From the NCBI GenBank assembly GCA_964016885.1, contig OZ024764.1, positions 16,182,001 to 16,246,000 of the forward strand: a stretch of DNA of 64,000 nt, read 5' to 3'. The notes beneath the pieces are model-generated. The model had not been told where the DNA came from. It did no database searches and saw only the letters and a program-made list of their open reading frames with translations. This document shows, one piece after another, positions 12,725 to 27,050 of the stretch (the stretch's first letter is position 1; every line of letters begins with the position of its first letter). The translations under genes and the position numbers were made by a program. This DNA is from Eledone cirrhosa. Its lineage: Eukaryota.

Positions 12725-15700
12725 ATACTATTGTATTTTCACAGTAAAGGCTTTACCTCACATAATATCTCACATAACATTTACTTTACTCTATATTTTA
12801 CTATTGTATTGTCACAGTAAAGGCTTTACCTCACATAATATCTCACATAACATTTACTTTACTCTATATATACTATTGTATTTTCACAGTAAAGGCTTTA
12901 CCTCACATAATATCTCACATAACATTTACATTACTCTATATATACTATTGTATTTTCACAGTAAAGGCTTTACCTCACATAATATCTCACATAACATTTA
13001 CATTACTCTATATATAATATTGTATTGTCACAGTAAAGGCTTTATCTCACATAATATCTCTCACATTTACATTACTCTATATATACTATTGTATTGTCAC
13101 AGTAAAGGCTTTACCTCACATAATATCTCACATAACATTTACATTACTCTATATATACTATTGTATTGTCACAGTAAAGGCTTTACCTCACATAATATCT
13201 CACATAACATTTACATTACTCTATATATACTATTGTATTGTCACAGTAAAGGCTTTACCTCACATAATATCTCACATAACATTTACATTACTCTATATAT
13301 ACTATTGTATTTTCACAGTAAAGGCTTTACCTCACATAATACCTCACATAACATTTACATTACTCTATATATACTATTGTATTTTCACAGTAAAGGCTTT
13401 ACCTCACATAATACCTCACATAACATTTACATTACTCTATATATACTATTGTATTGTCACAGTAAAGGCTTTACCTCACATAATATCTCACATAACATTT
13501 ACATTACTCTATATATACTATTGTATTGTCACAGTAAAGGCTTTACCTCACATAATATCTCACATAACATTTACATTACTCTATATATACTATTGTATTT
13601 TCACAGTAAAGGCTTTACCTCACATAATACCTCACATAACATTTACATTACTCTATATATACTATTGTATTTTCACAGTAAAGGCTTTACCTCACATAAT
13701 ACCTCACATAACATTTACATTACTCTATATATACTATTGTATTGTCACAGTAAAGGCTTTACCTCACATAATATCTCACATAACATTTACATTACTCTAT
13801 ATATACTATTGTATTGTCACAGTAAAGGCTTTACCTCACATAATATCTCACATAACATTTACATTACTCTATATATACTATTGTATTTTCACAGTAAAGG
13901 CTTTACCTCACATAATACCTCACATAACATTTACATTACTCTATATATACTATTGTATTGTCACAGTAAAGGCTTTACCTCACATAATATCTCACATAAC
14001 ATTTACATTACTCTATATATACTATTGTATTGTCACAGTAAAGGCTTTACCTTACATAATACCTCACATAACATTTACATTACTCTATATATACTATTGT
14101 ATTGTCACAGTAAAGGCTTTACCTCACATAATATCTCACATAACATTTACATTACTCTATATATACTATTGTATTGTCACAGTAAAGGCTTTACCTTACA
14201 TAATACCTCACATAACATTTACATTACTCTATATATACTATTGTATTGTCACAGTAAAGGCTTTACCTCACATAATATCTCACATAACATTTACATTACT
14301 CTATATATACTATTGTATTGTCACAGTAAAGGCTTTACCTCACATAATATCTCACATAACATTTACATTACTCTATATATACTATTGTATTGTCACAGTA
14401 AAGGCTTTACCTCACATAATATCTCACATAACATTTACATTACTCTATATATACTATTGTATTGTCACAGTAAAGGCTTTACCTTACATAATACCTCACA
14501 TAACATTTACATTACTCTATATATACTATTGTATTGTCACAGTAAAGGCTTTACCTCACATAATATCTCACATAACATTTACATTACTCTATATATACTA
14601 TTGTATTGTCACAGTAAAGGCTTTACCTCACATAATATCTCACATAACATTTACATTACTCTATATATACTATTGTATTGTCACAGTAAAGGCTTTACCT
14701 CACATAATATCTCACATAACATTTACATTACTCTATATATACTATTGTATTGTCACAGTAAAGGCTTTACCTTACATAATACCTCACATAACATTTACAT
14801 TACTCTATATATACTATTGTATTGTCACAGTAAAGTCTTTACCTCACATAATATCTCACATAACATTTACATTACTCTATATATACTATTGTATTGTCAC
14901 AGTAAAGGCTTTACCTTACATAATACCTCACATAACATTTACATTACTCTATATATACTATTGTATTGTCACAGTAAAGTCTTTACCTCACATAATATCT
15001 CACATAACATTTACATTACTCTATATATACTATTGTATTGTCACAGTAAAGGCTTTACCTCACATAATATCTCACATAACATTTACATTACTCTATATAT
15101 ACTATTGTATTGTCACAGTAAAGGCTTTACCTCACATAATATCTCACATAACATTTACATTACTCTATATATACTATTGTATTGTCACAGTAAAGGCTTT
15201 ACCTTACATAATACCTCACATAACATTTACATTACTCTATATATACTATTGTATTGTCACAGTAAAGTCTTTACCTCACATAATATCTCACATAACATTT
15301 ACATTACTCTATATATACTATTGTATTGTCACAGTAAAGGCTTTACCTTACATAATACCTCACATAACATTTACATTACTCTATATATACTATTGTATTG
15401 TCACAGTAAAGTCTTTACCTCACATAATATCTCACATAACATTTACATTACTCTATATATACTATTGTATTGTCACAGTAAAGGCTTTACCTTACATAAT
15501 ACCTCACATAACATTTACATTACTCTATATATACTATTGTATTGTCACAGTAAAGGCTTTACCTCACATAATATCTCACATAACATTTACATTACTCTAT
15601 ATACACTATTGTATTTTCACAGTAAAGACTTTACCTCACATAATATCTCACATAACATTTACATTACTCTATATATACTATTGTATTGTCACAGTAAAGG

Positions 15701-18700
15701 CTTTGCCTCACATAATATCTCACATAACATTTACATTACTCTATATATACTATTGTATTGTCACAGTAAAGACTTTACCTCACATAATATCTCACATAAC
15801 ATTTACATTACTCTATATATACTATTGTATTGTCACAGTAAAGACTTTACCTCACATAATATCTCACATAACATTTACATTACTCTATATATACTATTGT
15901 ATTGTCACAGTAAAGGCTTTACCTCACATAATATCTCACATAACATTTACATTACTCTATATATACTATTGTATTGTCACAGTAAAGGCTTTACCTCACA
16001 TAATATCTCACATAACATTTACATTACTCTATATATACTATTGTATTGTCACAGTAAAGGCTTTACCTCACATAATATCTCACATAACATTTACATTACT
16101 CTATATATACTATTGTATTTTCACAGTAAAGGCTTTACCTTACATAATATCTCACATAACATTTACATTACTCTATATATACTATTGTATTGTCACAGTA
16201 AAGGCTTTACCTCACATAATATCTCACATAACATTTACATTACTCTATATATACTATTGTATTGTCACAGTAAAGGCTTTACCTCACATAATATCTCACA
16301 TAACATTTACATTACTCTATATATACTATTGTATTGTCACAGTAAAGGCTTTACCTCACATAATATCTCACATAACATTTACATTACTCTATATATACTA
16401 TTGTCACAGTAAAGGCTTTACCTTACATAATACCTCACATAACATTTACATTACTCTATATATACTATTGTATTGTCACAGTAAAGTCTTTACCTCACAT
16501 AATATCTCACATAACATTTACATTACTCTATATATACTATTGTATTGTCACAGTAAAGGCTTTACCTTACATAATACCTCACATAACATTTACATTACTC
16601 TATATATACTATTGTATTGTCACAGTAAAGTCTTTACCTCACATAATATCTCACATAACATTTACATTACTCTATATATACTATTGTATTGTCACAGTAA
16701 AGGCTTTACCTCACATAATATCTCACATAACATTTACATTACTCTATATATACTATTGTATTGTCACAGTAAAGGCTTTACCTCACATAATATCTCACAT
16801 AACATTTACATTACTCTATATATACTATTGTATTGTCACAGTAAAGGCTTTACCTTACATAATACCTCACATAACATTTACATTACTCTATATATACTAT
16901 TGTATTGTCACAGTAAAGTCTTTACCTCACATAATATCTCACATAACATTTACATTACTCTATATATACTATTGTATTGTCACAGTAAAGGCTTTACCTT
17001 ACATAATACCTCACATAACATTTACATTACTCTATATATACTATTGTATTGTCACAGTAAAGTCTTTACCTCACATAATATCTCACATAACATTTACATT
17101 ACTCTATATATACTATTGTATTGTCACAGTAAAGGCTTTACCTTACATAATACCTCACATAACATTTACATTACTCTATATATACTATTGTATTGTCACA
17201 GTAAAGGCTTTACCTCACATAATATCTCACATAACATTTACATTACTCTATATACACTATTGTATTTTCACAGTAAAGACTTTACCTCACATAATATCTC
17301 ACATAACATTTACATTACTCTATATATACTATTGTATTGTCACAGTAAAGGCTTTACCTCACATAATATCTCACATAACATTTACATTACTCTATATATA
17401 CTATTGTATTGTCACAGTAAAGACTTTACCTCACATAATATCTCACATAACATTTACATTACTCTATATATACTATTGTATTGTCACAGTAAAGACTTTA
17501 CCTCACATAATATCTCACATAACATTTACATTACTCTATATATACTATTGTATTGTCACAGTAAAGGCTTTACCTCACATAATATCTCACATAACATTTA
17601 CATTACTCTATATATACTATTGTATTGTCACAGTAAAGGCTTTACCTCACATAATATCTCACATAACATTTACATTACTCTATATATACTATTGTATTTT
17701 CACAGTAAAGACTTTACCTCACATAATACCTCACATAACATTTACATTACTCTATATATACTATTGTATTTTCACAGTAAAGGCTTTACCTCACATAATA
17801 TCTCACATAACATTTACATTACTCTATATATACTATTGTATTTTCACAGTAAAGACTTTACCTCACATAATACCTCACATAACATTTACATTACTCTATA
17901 TATACTATTGTATTGTCACAGTAAAGGCTTTACCTCACATAATATCTCACATAACATTTACATTACTCTATATATACTATTGTATTTTCACAGTAAAGAC
18001 TTTACCTCACATAATACCTCACATAACATTTACATTACTCTATATATACTATTGTATTGTCACAGTAAAGGCTTTACCTCACATAATATCTCACATAACA
18101 TTTACATTACTCTATATATACTATTGTATTTTCACAGTAAAGGCTTTACCTCACATAATATCTCACATAACATTTACATTACTCTATATATACTATTGTA
18201 TTTTCACAGTAAAGGCTTTACCTCACATAATATCTCACATAACATTTACATTACTCTATATATACTATTGTATTGTCACAGTAAAGGCTTTACCTCACAT
18301 AATATCTCACATAACATTTACATTACTCTATATATACTATTGTATTGTCACAGTAAAGGCTTTACCTCACATAATATCTCACATAACATTTACATTACTC
18401 TATATATACTATTGTATTTTCACAGTAAAGACTTTACCTCACATAATACCTCACATAACATTTACATTACTCTATATATACTATTGTATTTTCACAGTAA
18501 AGGCTTTACCTCACATAATATCTCACATAACATTTACATTACTCTATATATACTATTGTATTTTCACAGTAAAGACTTTACCTCACATAATACCTCACAT
18601 AACATTTACATTACTCTATATATACTATTGTATTGTCACAGTAAAGGCTTTACCTCACATAATATCTCACATAACATTTACATTACTCTATATATACTAT

Positions 18701-20118
18701 TGTATTTTCACAGTAAAGACTTTACCTCACATAATACCTCACATAACATTTACATTACTCTATATATACTATTGTATTGTCACAGTAAAGGCTTTACCTC
18801 ACATAATATCTCACATAACATTTACATTACTCTATATATACTATTGTATTTTCACAGTAAAGGCTTTACCTCACATAATATCTCACATAACATTTACATT
18901 ACTCTATATATACTATTGTATTTTCACAGTAAAGGCTTTACCTCACATAATATCTCACATAACATTTACATTACTCTATATATACTATTGTATTGTCACA
19001 GTAAAGGCTTTACCTCACATAATATCTCACATAACATTTACATTACTCTATATATACTATTGTATTGTCACAGTAAAGGCTTTACCTCACATAATATCTC
19101 ACATAACATTTACATTACTCTATATATACTATTGTATTTTCACAGTAAAGACTTTACCTCACATAATATCTCACATAACATTTACATTACTCTATATATA
19201 CTATTGTATTGTCACAGTAAAGGCTTTACCTCACATAATATCTCACATAACATTTACATTACTCTATATATACTATTGTATTTTCACAGTAAAGACTTTA
19301 CCTCACATAATACCTCACATAACATTTACATTACTCTATATATACTATTGTATTGTCACAGTAAAGGCTTTACCTCACATAATATCTCACATAACATTTA
19401 CATTACTCTATATATACTATTGTATTTTCACAGTAAAGGCTTTACCTCACATAATATCTCACATAACATTTACATTACTCTATATATACTATTGTATTTT
19501 CACAGTAAAGGCTTTACCTCACATAATATCTCACATAACATTTACATTACTCTATATATACTATTGTATTGTCACAGTAAAGGCTTTACCTCACATAATA
19601 TCTCACATAACATTTACATTACTCTATATATACTATTGTATTGTCACAGTAAAGGCTTTACCTCACATAATATCTCACATAACATTTACATTACTCTATA
19701 TATACTATTGTATTTTCACAGTAAAGACTTTACCTCACATAATACCTCACATAACATTTACATTACTCTATATATACTATTGTATTTTCACAGTAAAGGC
19801 TTTACCTCACATAATATCTCACATAACATTTACATTACTCTATATATACTATTGTATTTTCACAGTAAAGACTTTACCTCACATAATACCTCACATAACA
19901 TTTACATTACTCTATATATACTATTGTATTGTCACAGTAAAGGCTTTACCTCACATAATATCTCACATAACATTTACATTACTCTATATATACTATTGTA
20001 TTTTCACAGTAAAGGCTTTACCTCACATAATATCTCACATAACATTTACATTACTCTATATATACTATTGTATTTTCACAGTAAAGGCTTTACCTCACAT
20101 AATATCTCACATAACATT
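12725..20118. repeat. 72-bp intronic satellite, about 102 copies, with higher-order structure
   Basis: 360-bp (5-unit) line periodicity; 24-aa periodic pseudo-ORFs. Confidence 0.98.
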
Positions 20119-20268
20119 GAATCTATGAGATTTTGATATTATTTATTTTGAGAACAATACCTTAACATCAGTATGAGTGGACAGTTTAAACAGGAAGAGT
20201 TGAGCGAATTCTGGCCGGGATATGACTGGTTTATAAGGTAAAGGGTTAAATGATGATGAATTCTAACC

Positions 20269-20307
<39 letters not shown>

Positions 20308-20370
20308 TCTCTCCCCCTCTCTCTCCCTCTCTCTCCCTCTCTCTCTCCCTCTCTCTCTCCCCCTCTACAG

Positions 20371-20628
20371 AAGTCCTGACCGTCGCAGCCGTCGTGAGAA
20401 GTCAGACAGGAAACGTAGCCGCAGTCGAGAGAAGAAGGGGGGCGGCCGGGAGAAGGAGCGGAGGCGTAGCCGTAGTGCCAGCCCCCCCAGTAGGAGCAGG
20501 GAGAGGTACGCAGGTGGTGTGAAGAGGAGCAGGAGTAGGTCACCGTACAAGGGACGAGGGGCTCGTGGAGAGAAACCCTACAGACGCAGTATGAGCAAGA
20601 GCCCTCTCCGCTCCTATGAATTTGTCAG
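20371..20628 (+). CDS. RBM39: RBM39 RS-domain exon
   Basis: CT tract plus tacag acceptor, ag|gtgagt donor; 258 nt open frame SPDRRSRREKSDRKRSRSRE...RSRSRSPYK...SKSPLRSYEFV. Confidence 0.92.
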
Positions 20629-20629
20629 G

Positions 20630-21570
20630 TGAGTGGTGGTGGTGGTGTAGTTGTGGTGGTGTGGTGTGGTGTAGTTGTGCTGGTGTGGTGTGTAGTGTAG
20701 TTGTGGTGTGGTGTAGTGTAGTTGTGGTGGTGTGGTGTGGTGTAGTTGTGGTGGTGTGGTGTGGTGTGTAGTGTAGTTGTGGTGTGGTTGGTGGTGGTGT
20801 GTAGTGTAGTTGTGGTGGTGTGGTGTGGTTGGTGGTGGTGTGTAGTGTAGTTGTGGTGGTGTGGTGTGGTTGGTGGTGGTGTGTAGTGTAGTTGTGGTGT
20901 GGTGTAGTGTAGTTGTTGTGGTGTGGTTGGTGGTGTGTAGTGTAGTGGTGGTGGTGTGTAGTGTAGTTGTGGTGGTGTGGTGTGGTGTGGTTGGTGGTGG
21001 TGTGTAGTGTAGTTGTGGTGTGGTGTAGTGTAGTTGTGGTGGTGTGTAGTGTAGTTGTGGTGGTGTGGTGTGGTTGGTGGTGGTGTGTAGTGTAGTTGTG
21101 GTGTGGTGTAGTGTAGTTGTTGTGGTGTGGTGTGGTTGGTGGTGTGTAGTGTAGTTGTGGTGTGGTGTAGTGTAGTTGTGGTGTGGTGTAGTGTAGTTGT
21201 GGTGGTGTGGTGTGGTGTAGTTGTGGTGGTGTGGTGTGGTATAGTGTAATGGTGGTGTTGAGTGGTGTAGTTGGTGGTGTTGTGTAATGGTGGTATGAGG
21301 GTGTGGTGGTGGTGGTGTATTGTAGTTGGTGTGATGGTGGTGGTGGTGTGGCGTGGTGTGGTGTAGTGGTGGTGTGGTATGGTGTAATGGTGTTGAGTTG
21401 TGTAATGGTGGTATGATGGTGTGGTGGTGTATTGTAGTTGGTGTGATGGTGGTGGTGGTGGTGTGGCGTAGTGGTGGTGGTGTTGTAGTTGGTGGTGTGG
21501 TGTAGTGGTGGTGGTGGTATGATATAGTGGTATGATGGTGGTGGTGGTGGTGCTGTAGTTGGTGGTGTGA
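20630..21570. repeat. GT-rich (GTG/GTGTA) low-complexity tract
   Basis: direct inspection. Confidence 0.95.
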
Positions 21571-21630
21571 TGGTGGATGTAATGTTATTATTGTGCTTAT
21601 ATTTGAGCCCTTATTATTGCTGTCATGTAG

Positions 21631-21748
21631 GGAACCTGGTCCCGAACTCTCCCCAGAGGAACGTGATGCCCGCACCATATTCTGTATGCAACTGTCTGCT
21701 AGAATCAGACCAAGGGATCTGGAGGAATTCTTCTCCTCAGTTGGAAAG
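21631..21748 (+). CDS. RBM39: RBM39 exon, start of RRM1
   Basis: EPGPELSPEERDARTIFCMQLSARIRPRDLEEFFSSVGK, a RBM39/Caper signature; tag acceptor, aag|gtaagc donor. Confidence 0.97.
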
Positions 21749-22032
21749 GTAAGCCCCAAGTTCTTTCTTATTAAATATATTGGCACAGTTGGCTTAATGG
21801 TTACAGAAAAGGATTCACAGCTGTGGGTTCGTGAGTTCAATTCCTGGGCCAGGCTGTGTGATGTGTTATGTCCTTACGTAAGTCATTTTATTTCATGTTG
21901 CTCTTTCTGCCAGGAATTGCCATCAGTTCCCGTCCCACCCTTGCAAGCAGGGAAAAGCGGACGTAAAATGAAATGATGAAATGATGATGATGATACATGT
22001 ATATATAATTATAAACCCATATAAACATGTAT

Positions 22033-22034
<2 letters not shown>

Positions 22035-22063
<29 letters not shown>

Positions 22064-22320
22064 CCGTTTTACGTCCGTTCTTCCACGCTAGCATGGGTTA
22101 GACGGGTTGTCCTGTTGTGTGCAGTGTCTGGTCGGCTGACCATGCCTTGCTCATACAGGAACTAATTTGGCTTGATTTCTACAGCTGGATGCCCTTCCTA
22201 ACACCAACCTCATTTACAGTGAGTGCTGGGTGCTTTTTCGTGGCGCCTACACGTCCACTTTACAGTGTGGGCTGGGTGCTTTTTTGCCGTGGCACCTCCA
22301 CGACCACCTTGCAGTGGGAG
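22035..22320 (-). mobile_element. SINE/RTE-tail repeat ending in (ATG)n; related copies 28628-29222(+), 31370-31618(+), 31925-32330(-), 44150-44585(+)
   Basis: ccatgctagcgtggaa...gacgt..aacg(atg)n tail and ggatgcccttcctaacaccaacc core. Confidence 0.85.
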
Positions 22321-22530
22321 GGTGTGGGGGCATATTGTCTATATGCTTCAGCTTGTACCCATGGGAGGTCGGGTACTCTGTATTACTGCGTGACGCCAGA
22401 GATCAATATATATAATTATATATAATTATAAACCCATGCTAGCGTGGAAGATGGACGTTAAACGATGATGATGATGATGATATATATATATATATATATA
22501 TAAATATCATTATCATATATATATATATAT

Positions 22531-22680
22531 GGAGGCACATGGCTTAGTGGTGAGAGCATTGGCCTTGCAATCGAAAGGTTGTGAGTTCAATTCTCAGACC
22601 GGGTGATGTGTTGTTTCCTTGAGCAAGACACTTTATTTCACATTGCTCCAGTTTACTCAGCTGTAGAAATGAGATGATAG
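22531..22680 (+). mobile_element. second tRNA-headed SINE; copies 21783-21900, 34537-34665, 40463-40580
   Basis: A box tggcttagtggt, B box gagttcaattc, conserved ccttgagcaagacactttatttcac. Confidence 0.8.
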
Positions 22681-22944
22681 GGACTGGGGTCCCTATCATT
22701 CCACTGTAGAGTGGTCGTGGAGGTGCCACGGCAAAAAAGCACCCAGCACTCACTGTAAATGAGGTTGGTGTTAGGAAGGGCATCCAGCTGTAGAAATCAA
22801 GCAGGGAAAAGCGGACGTAAAATGAAATGATGATGATGATGATATTACGTAGGTATAATAATGTATATATATTACATATATATATCAATATATAACGATG
22901 TGTTTTTTTATATGTAATAAAGTTGTGACTATCTCTGCCTGCAG

Positions 22945-23235
22945 GTTCGTGATGTACGATTGATCACTGACAACAAGACAAGACGATCTAAGGGAATTGC
23001 CTACGTTGAGTTTGTTGACGTAGAGTGTGTGAACAAGGCGCTCGCCCTGACTGGCCAACGTCTATTAGGGGTTCCTATAATGGTACAGCCGTCACAGGCT
23101 GAGAAGAACAGGGCTGCAAATGCTACAGCGACACTACAGAAGGGAACTTCAGGACCCATGCGTTTATATGTTGGTTCGTTACATTTCAACATCACAGAGG
23201 AGATGTTGAGAGGGATATTTGAACCCTTTGGCAAG
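22945..23235 (+). CDS. RBM39: RBM39 exon, RRM1 and start of RRM2
   Basis: VRDVRLITDNKTRRSKGIAYVEF...QPSQAEKNR...GPMRLYVGSLHFNITEEMLRGIFEPFGK; 291 nt, phase 0/0, canonical sites. Confidence 0.97.
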
Positions 23236-23329
23236 GTAAGACCTCTTTCTTCTCCTCTTCCTTCCCCCTATTCTATCCATTTCCTCTCCTCTTCCTCTGT
23301 GTAGGTAAGAGGTGGGTAGAGATTCCATC

Positions 23330-24126
23330 CTTTTGTCTCAAATGCAAACTATAGGTACACAAGATGTAGTGGGATCTCAGTTAGTTTAGCAAAGAACGTG
23401 GGTTTTACATGTGGTTGTCCCTGTGAGTGACCACTCACAGGGAACAAGCTCTAACAAATTCTTGGAAGGTTCTGTAGAAGCAGTTAACAGCTTCTGCTAC
23501 CTGGGTGACCAAATTAGGAGTGGAGGTGGGTGTTCCGAAAGTATAGTAGCCAGCGTGAGAATGGGATGGAGAAAGTTTAGGGAGCCACTACCAGCTACTA
23601 AAGGCTTTCCCCAAAAAATGAAGAGCAGAGGGTATAATGGTTCTGTATGAACAGCCATGCTACATTGTAGAGAGACCTGGGCTCTGTGTACAGAAGACTT
23701 TGGAAGATTGGAAATAAATGAAACTTGTATGCTCTGATGGATGTGTTATAGTAATATACATGAACGGCAGAGCAATGATGAACTGAGAGAGAAACTGGGC
23801 CTCAGAGGGATCAGATGCAGTGTACAGGAGAGGAGATTGCTGTGGTATGGACATGCAATGTGTATGAAGGATGGAAGCTGTTAAAAAGGTGCTGGATGTT
23901 CAAAGTTGATGGTAGCCATGGGGTGGGAGACTTGGGATGAGCTGATAAAAGCTGACCTTGCCCAATTGCTCCTCTCAAAAATGATGACAACCCTGGACAA
24001 ATTCACAGTCGGAGCAAAGTATGGCGCGGCCAATCCAGTCCAGACTTGTCTCTCGACGTGGACGACCCACCTGACCTATGCAAGCATGGAAAAATGGATG
24101 TTAAATGATGATGATGATGATGATGA
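23330..24126 (+). mobile_element. decayed RTE LINE 3' fragment
   Basis: FCYLGDQI...GWRKFRE motif, then (GAT)n tail. Confidence 0.8.
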
Positions 24127-24204
24127 TATAAATATGTGTGTTTGTGTGTGTGTGTGTCTATATATATACATATGTATCAGCTAGTTGTGTTGTTTCTATT
24201 CCAG

Positions 24205-24270
24205 ATAGATGACATCAAGTTAATCAAAGATCATGAGTCTGGCAGAATACAGGGCTATGGATTCATCACA
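24205..24270 (+). CDS. RBM39: RBM39 exon, RRM2 RNP1
   Basis: IDDIKLIKDHESGRIQGYGFIT; ttccag acceptor, aca|gtaagt donor; 66 nt. Confidence 0.95.
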
Positions 24271-24404
24271 GTAAGTGTTTTTATTTACTTTTCTATTTCA
24301 TCTCTTCTATCTATGCTGTTCCATGATTTGCTCCTGTATAGTGGGTAAATCCCATTCATATTTTCCATAGCCATTATATGTATATGTAATCGTCATTTAA
24401 ACTT

Positions 24405-25153
24405 CCTCTGTTGTGTATTAAGTGAGTTCATGATACACAGATCAGCCAGCAGTCAAGAGTTAAACTTCTGTTGTGTATTAAGTGAGTTCATGATACTCAG
24501 ATCAGCCAGCAGTCAAGAGTTAAACTTCTGTTGTGTATTAAGTGAGTTCATGATACTCAGATCAGCCAGCAGTCAAGAGTTAAACTTCTGTTGTGTATTA
24601 AGTGAGTTCATGATACACAGATCAGCCAGCAGTCAAGAGTTAAACTTCTGTTGTGTATTAAGTGAGTTCATGATACTCAGATCAGCCAGCAGTCAAGAGT
24701 TAAACTTCTGTTGTGTATTAAGTGAGTTCATGATACTCAGATCAGCCAGCAGTCAAGAGTTAAACTTCTGTTGTGTATTAAGTGAGTTCATGATACTCAG
24801 ATCAGCCAGCAGTCAAGAGTTAAACTTCTGTTGTGTATTAAGTGAGTTCATGATACTCAGATCAGCCAGCAGTCAAGAGTTAAACTTCTGTTGTGTATTA
24901 AGTGAGTTCATGATACTCAGATCAGCCAGCAGTCAAGAGTTAAACTTCTGTTGTGTATTAAGTGAGTTCATGATACACAGATCAGCCAGCAGTCAAGAGT
25001 TAAACTTCTGTTGTGTATTAAGTGAGTTCATGATACTCAGATCAGCCAGCAGTCAAGAGTTAAACTTCTGTTGTGTATTAAGTGAGTTCATGATACACAG
25101 ATCAACCAGCAGTCAAGAGTTAAACTTCTGTTGTGTATTAAGTGAGTTCATGA
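24405..25153. repeat. 60-bp minisatellite, about 12.5 near-identical copies
   Basis: identical consecutive 60-nt lines. Confidence 0.98.
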
Positions 25154-25904
25154 AACATGGATGTATCTCAGATTAACCATGCCTCACTTCTTTTAGTCTT
25201 GCTATTAATAATCGGTTTAAGTTGTTGCATCAGGACTGCCTCCCTTATCTGTACAGATCCAATATTTCTCTCTGTTGATAAAATCATGACAGAGAGCTCA
25301 TTGTTTTTGTTTCTGCATCTGGTGATGTGTTTCCGAAAGGATGAGGAGTTAGTGGTGATGTGTTTTTTTTTTTATTCCTATATCATCATATATCATCATA
25401 TTTGTTGTTTAATGTCCACCTTCCATGCTAGCATGGGTTAGACGGGTTGTTCCATTTGAGGCAAGTTGGGCCAGGTGATCGTTTTTACAGCTGGATGCCC
25501 TTACAGTGTTGACTGTTGTGTCATCGACACATTGGACGGAACGGGAGAGGGAGGGTGGGTAGGGTGTGAGCGTGGGGTGTACATTGAGTTAAGAGGTGCC
25601 TACTGACTGTAGGTTTGTATGCAATGGTAGTCGGGTCTTCTGTATAACTGCATGGCGCCAAAGATCTCGATCCAGTGACATTGTCTTAGGTGCAGGTGGG
25701 CAAGGTCAGTTTTTATCACCTCGTCCCAGGTTTTTCTTGGTCTACCCACTCCACAGCTTCCATAAATTTTCATTGCCCTGCACTTTTGTTATACAGCTGT
25801 CGTCCTTCATACGCATCATATGTCCATACCAAACGCAATCTCCTCTCCAGAACACAACACTTTATATATATATATATATATATATCCCTCTCTTTCTCCA
25901 ACAG

Positions 25905-26109
25905 TTCCATGATGCTGAAGACGCCAAGAAGGCTCTGGAACAATTGAATGGTTTTGAGTTGGCCGGTCGTCCAATGAAGGTTGGTCATGTGACTGAGAGG
26001 ACAGCTGACAGTCAAGTGGCCTCAATACTGGACAGTGATGAGATGGACAGAGCAGGAATTGATCTTGGTGCTACAGGTAGACTACAGCTTATGGCCAAAT
26101 TGGCAGAAG
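25905..26109 (+). CDS. RBM39: RBM39 exon, end of RRM2 and linker
   Basis: FHDAEDAKKALEQLNGFELAGRPMKVGHVTER...LDSDEMDRAGIDLGATGRLQLMAKLAE; 205 nt, ends phase 1. Confidence 0.97.
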
Positions 26110-26174
26110 GTCAGTATATTTTCTAACTGTGGGTGTATGTATATTTATATATATATATATTGCGTGTGTGTATG

Positions 26175-26213
<39 letters not shown>

Positions 26214-26337
26214 ATTTATATATATATATAGTAATAAGTAATAATTTGAAGACTAAGGGTGAAAGCAGCGATTCTTTGCTTAAACTTTAATCTGTTTTGT
26301 GTATATATATGCGTGTATATATGTCTATATATGTATG

Positions 26338-26370
<33 letters not shown>

Positions 26371-26489
26371 TTTTATATATATGTATATGTGTATATATAT
26401 ATATATATATACATACATACATACATATGTATGTATATACACATACATATATATACATATATATATATATATATGTATATATATTCTAG

Positions 26490-26749
26490 TAACTGGCTTC
26501 TCTCTCTCCCTGTCTCTCCTAATTCTCTCTCTCTCTCTCTCACTCTCTCTCCTCACTCTCTCTCCTCACTCTCTCTCTCTCTCTGTCTTTCTCTCACTCT
26601 CTGTCTCTCTCTCTCTCTGTCTCTCTCTCTCTCTGTCTCTCCTCTCTCTCTCTCTCTCTGTCTCTCCTCTGTCTCTCTCTCTCTCTGTCTCTCTCTTTCC
26701 TCACACTCTCTCTCTCTCTCTCTCTCTGTCTCTCCTCTCTCTCTCTCTG

Positions 26750-26786
<37 letters not shown>

Positions 26787-26897
26787 CTCTCCTCATACTC
26801 TCACTCACTCTCTCTCTCTCTCTCTCCTCTCTCTCCTCATACTCTCACTCACTCTCTCTCTCTCTCTCTCTCCTCTCTCTCCTCATACTCTCACTCA

Positions 26898-26928
<31 letters not shown>

Positions 26929-27036
26929 CTCTGCTCATACTCTCTCTCTCTCTTTCTCTCTCTCTCCCCACTCTCTCACTCTCTCTCTCTTCTCACTCTC
27001 TCTCTCTCTCTCCTCTCTCTCACTCTCTCTCTCTCC
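26490..27036. repeat. (CT)n compound microsatellite abutting the acceptor at 27050
   Basis: direct inspection. Confidence 0.95.
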
Positions 27037-27050
27037 CTGTTTTATTCCAG

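Noticed and set aside
12270-20136. 1380-aa and 1477-aa ORFs with His/Cys periodicity
   Set aside because: They are translations of a 72-bp satellite inside an RBM39 intron; the frame switches at a 5-bp deletion and two frames are open
24405-25153. CRISPR-like regular array and 248-aa ORF
   Set aside because: Units are contiguous and identical with no unique spacers; eukaryotic intronic minisatellite
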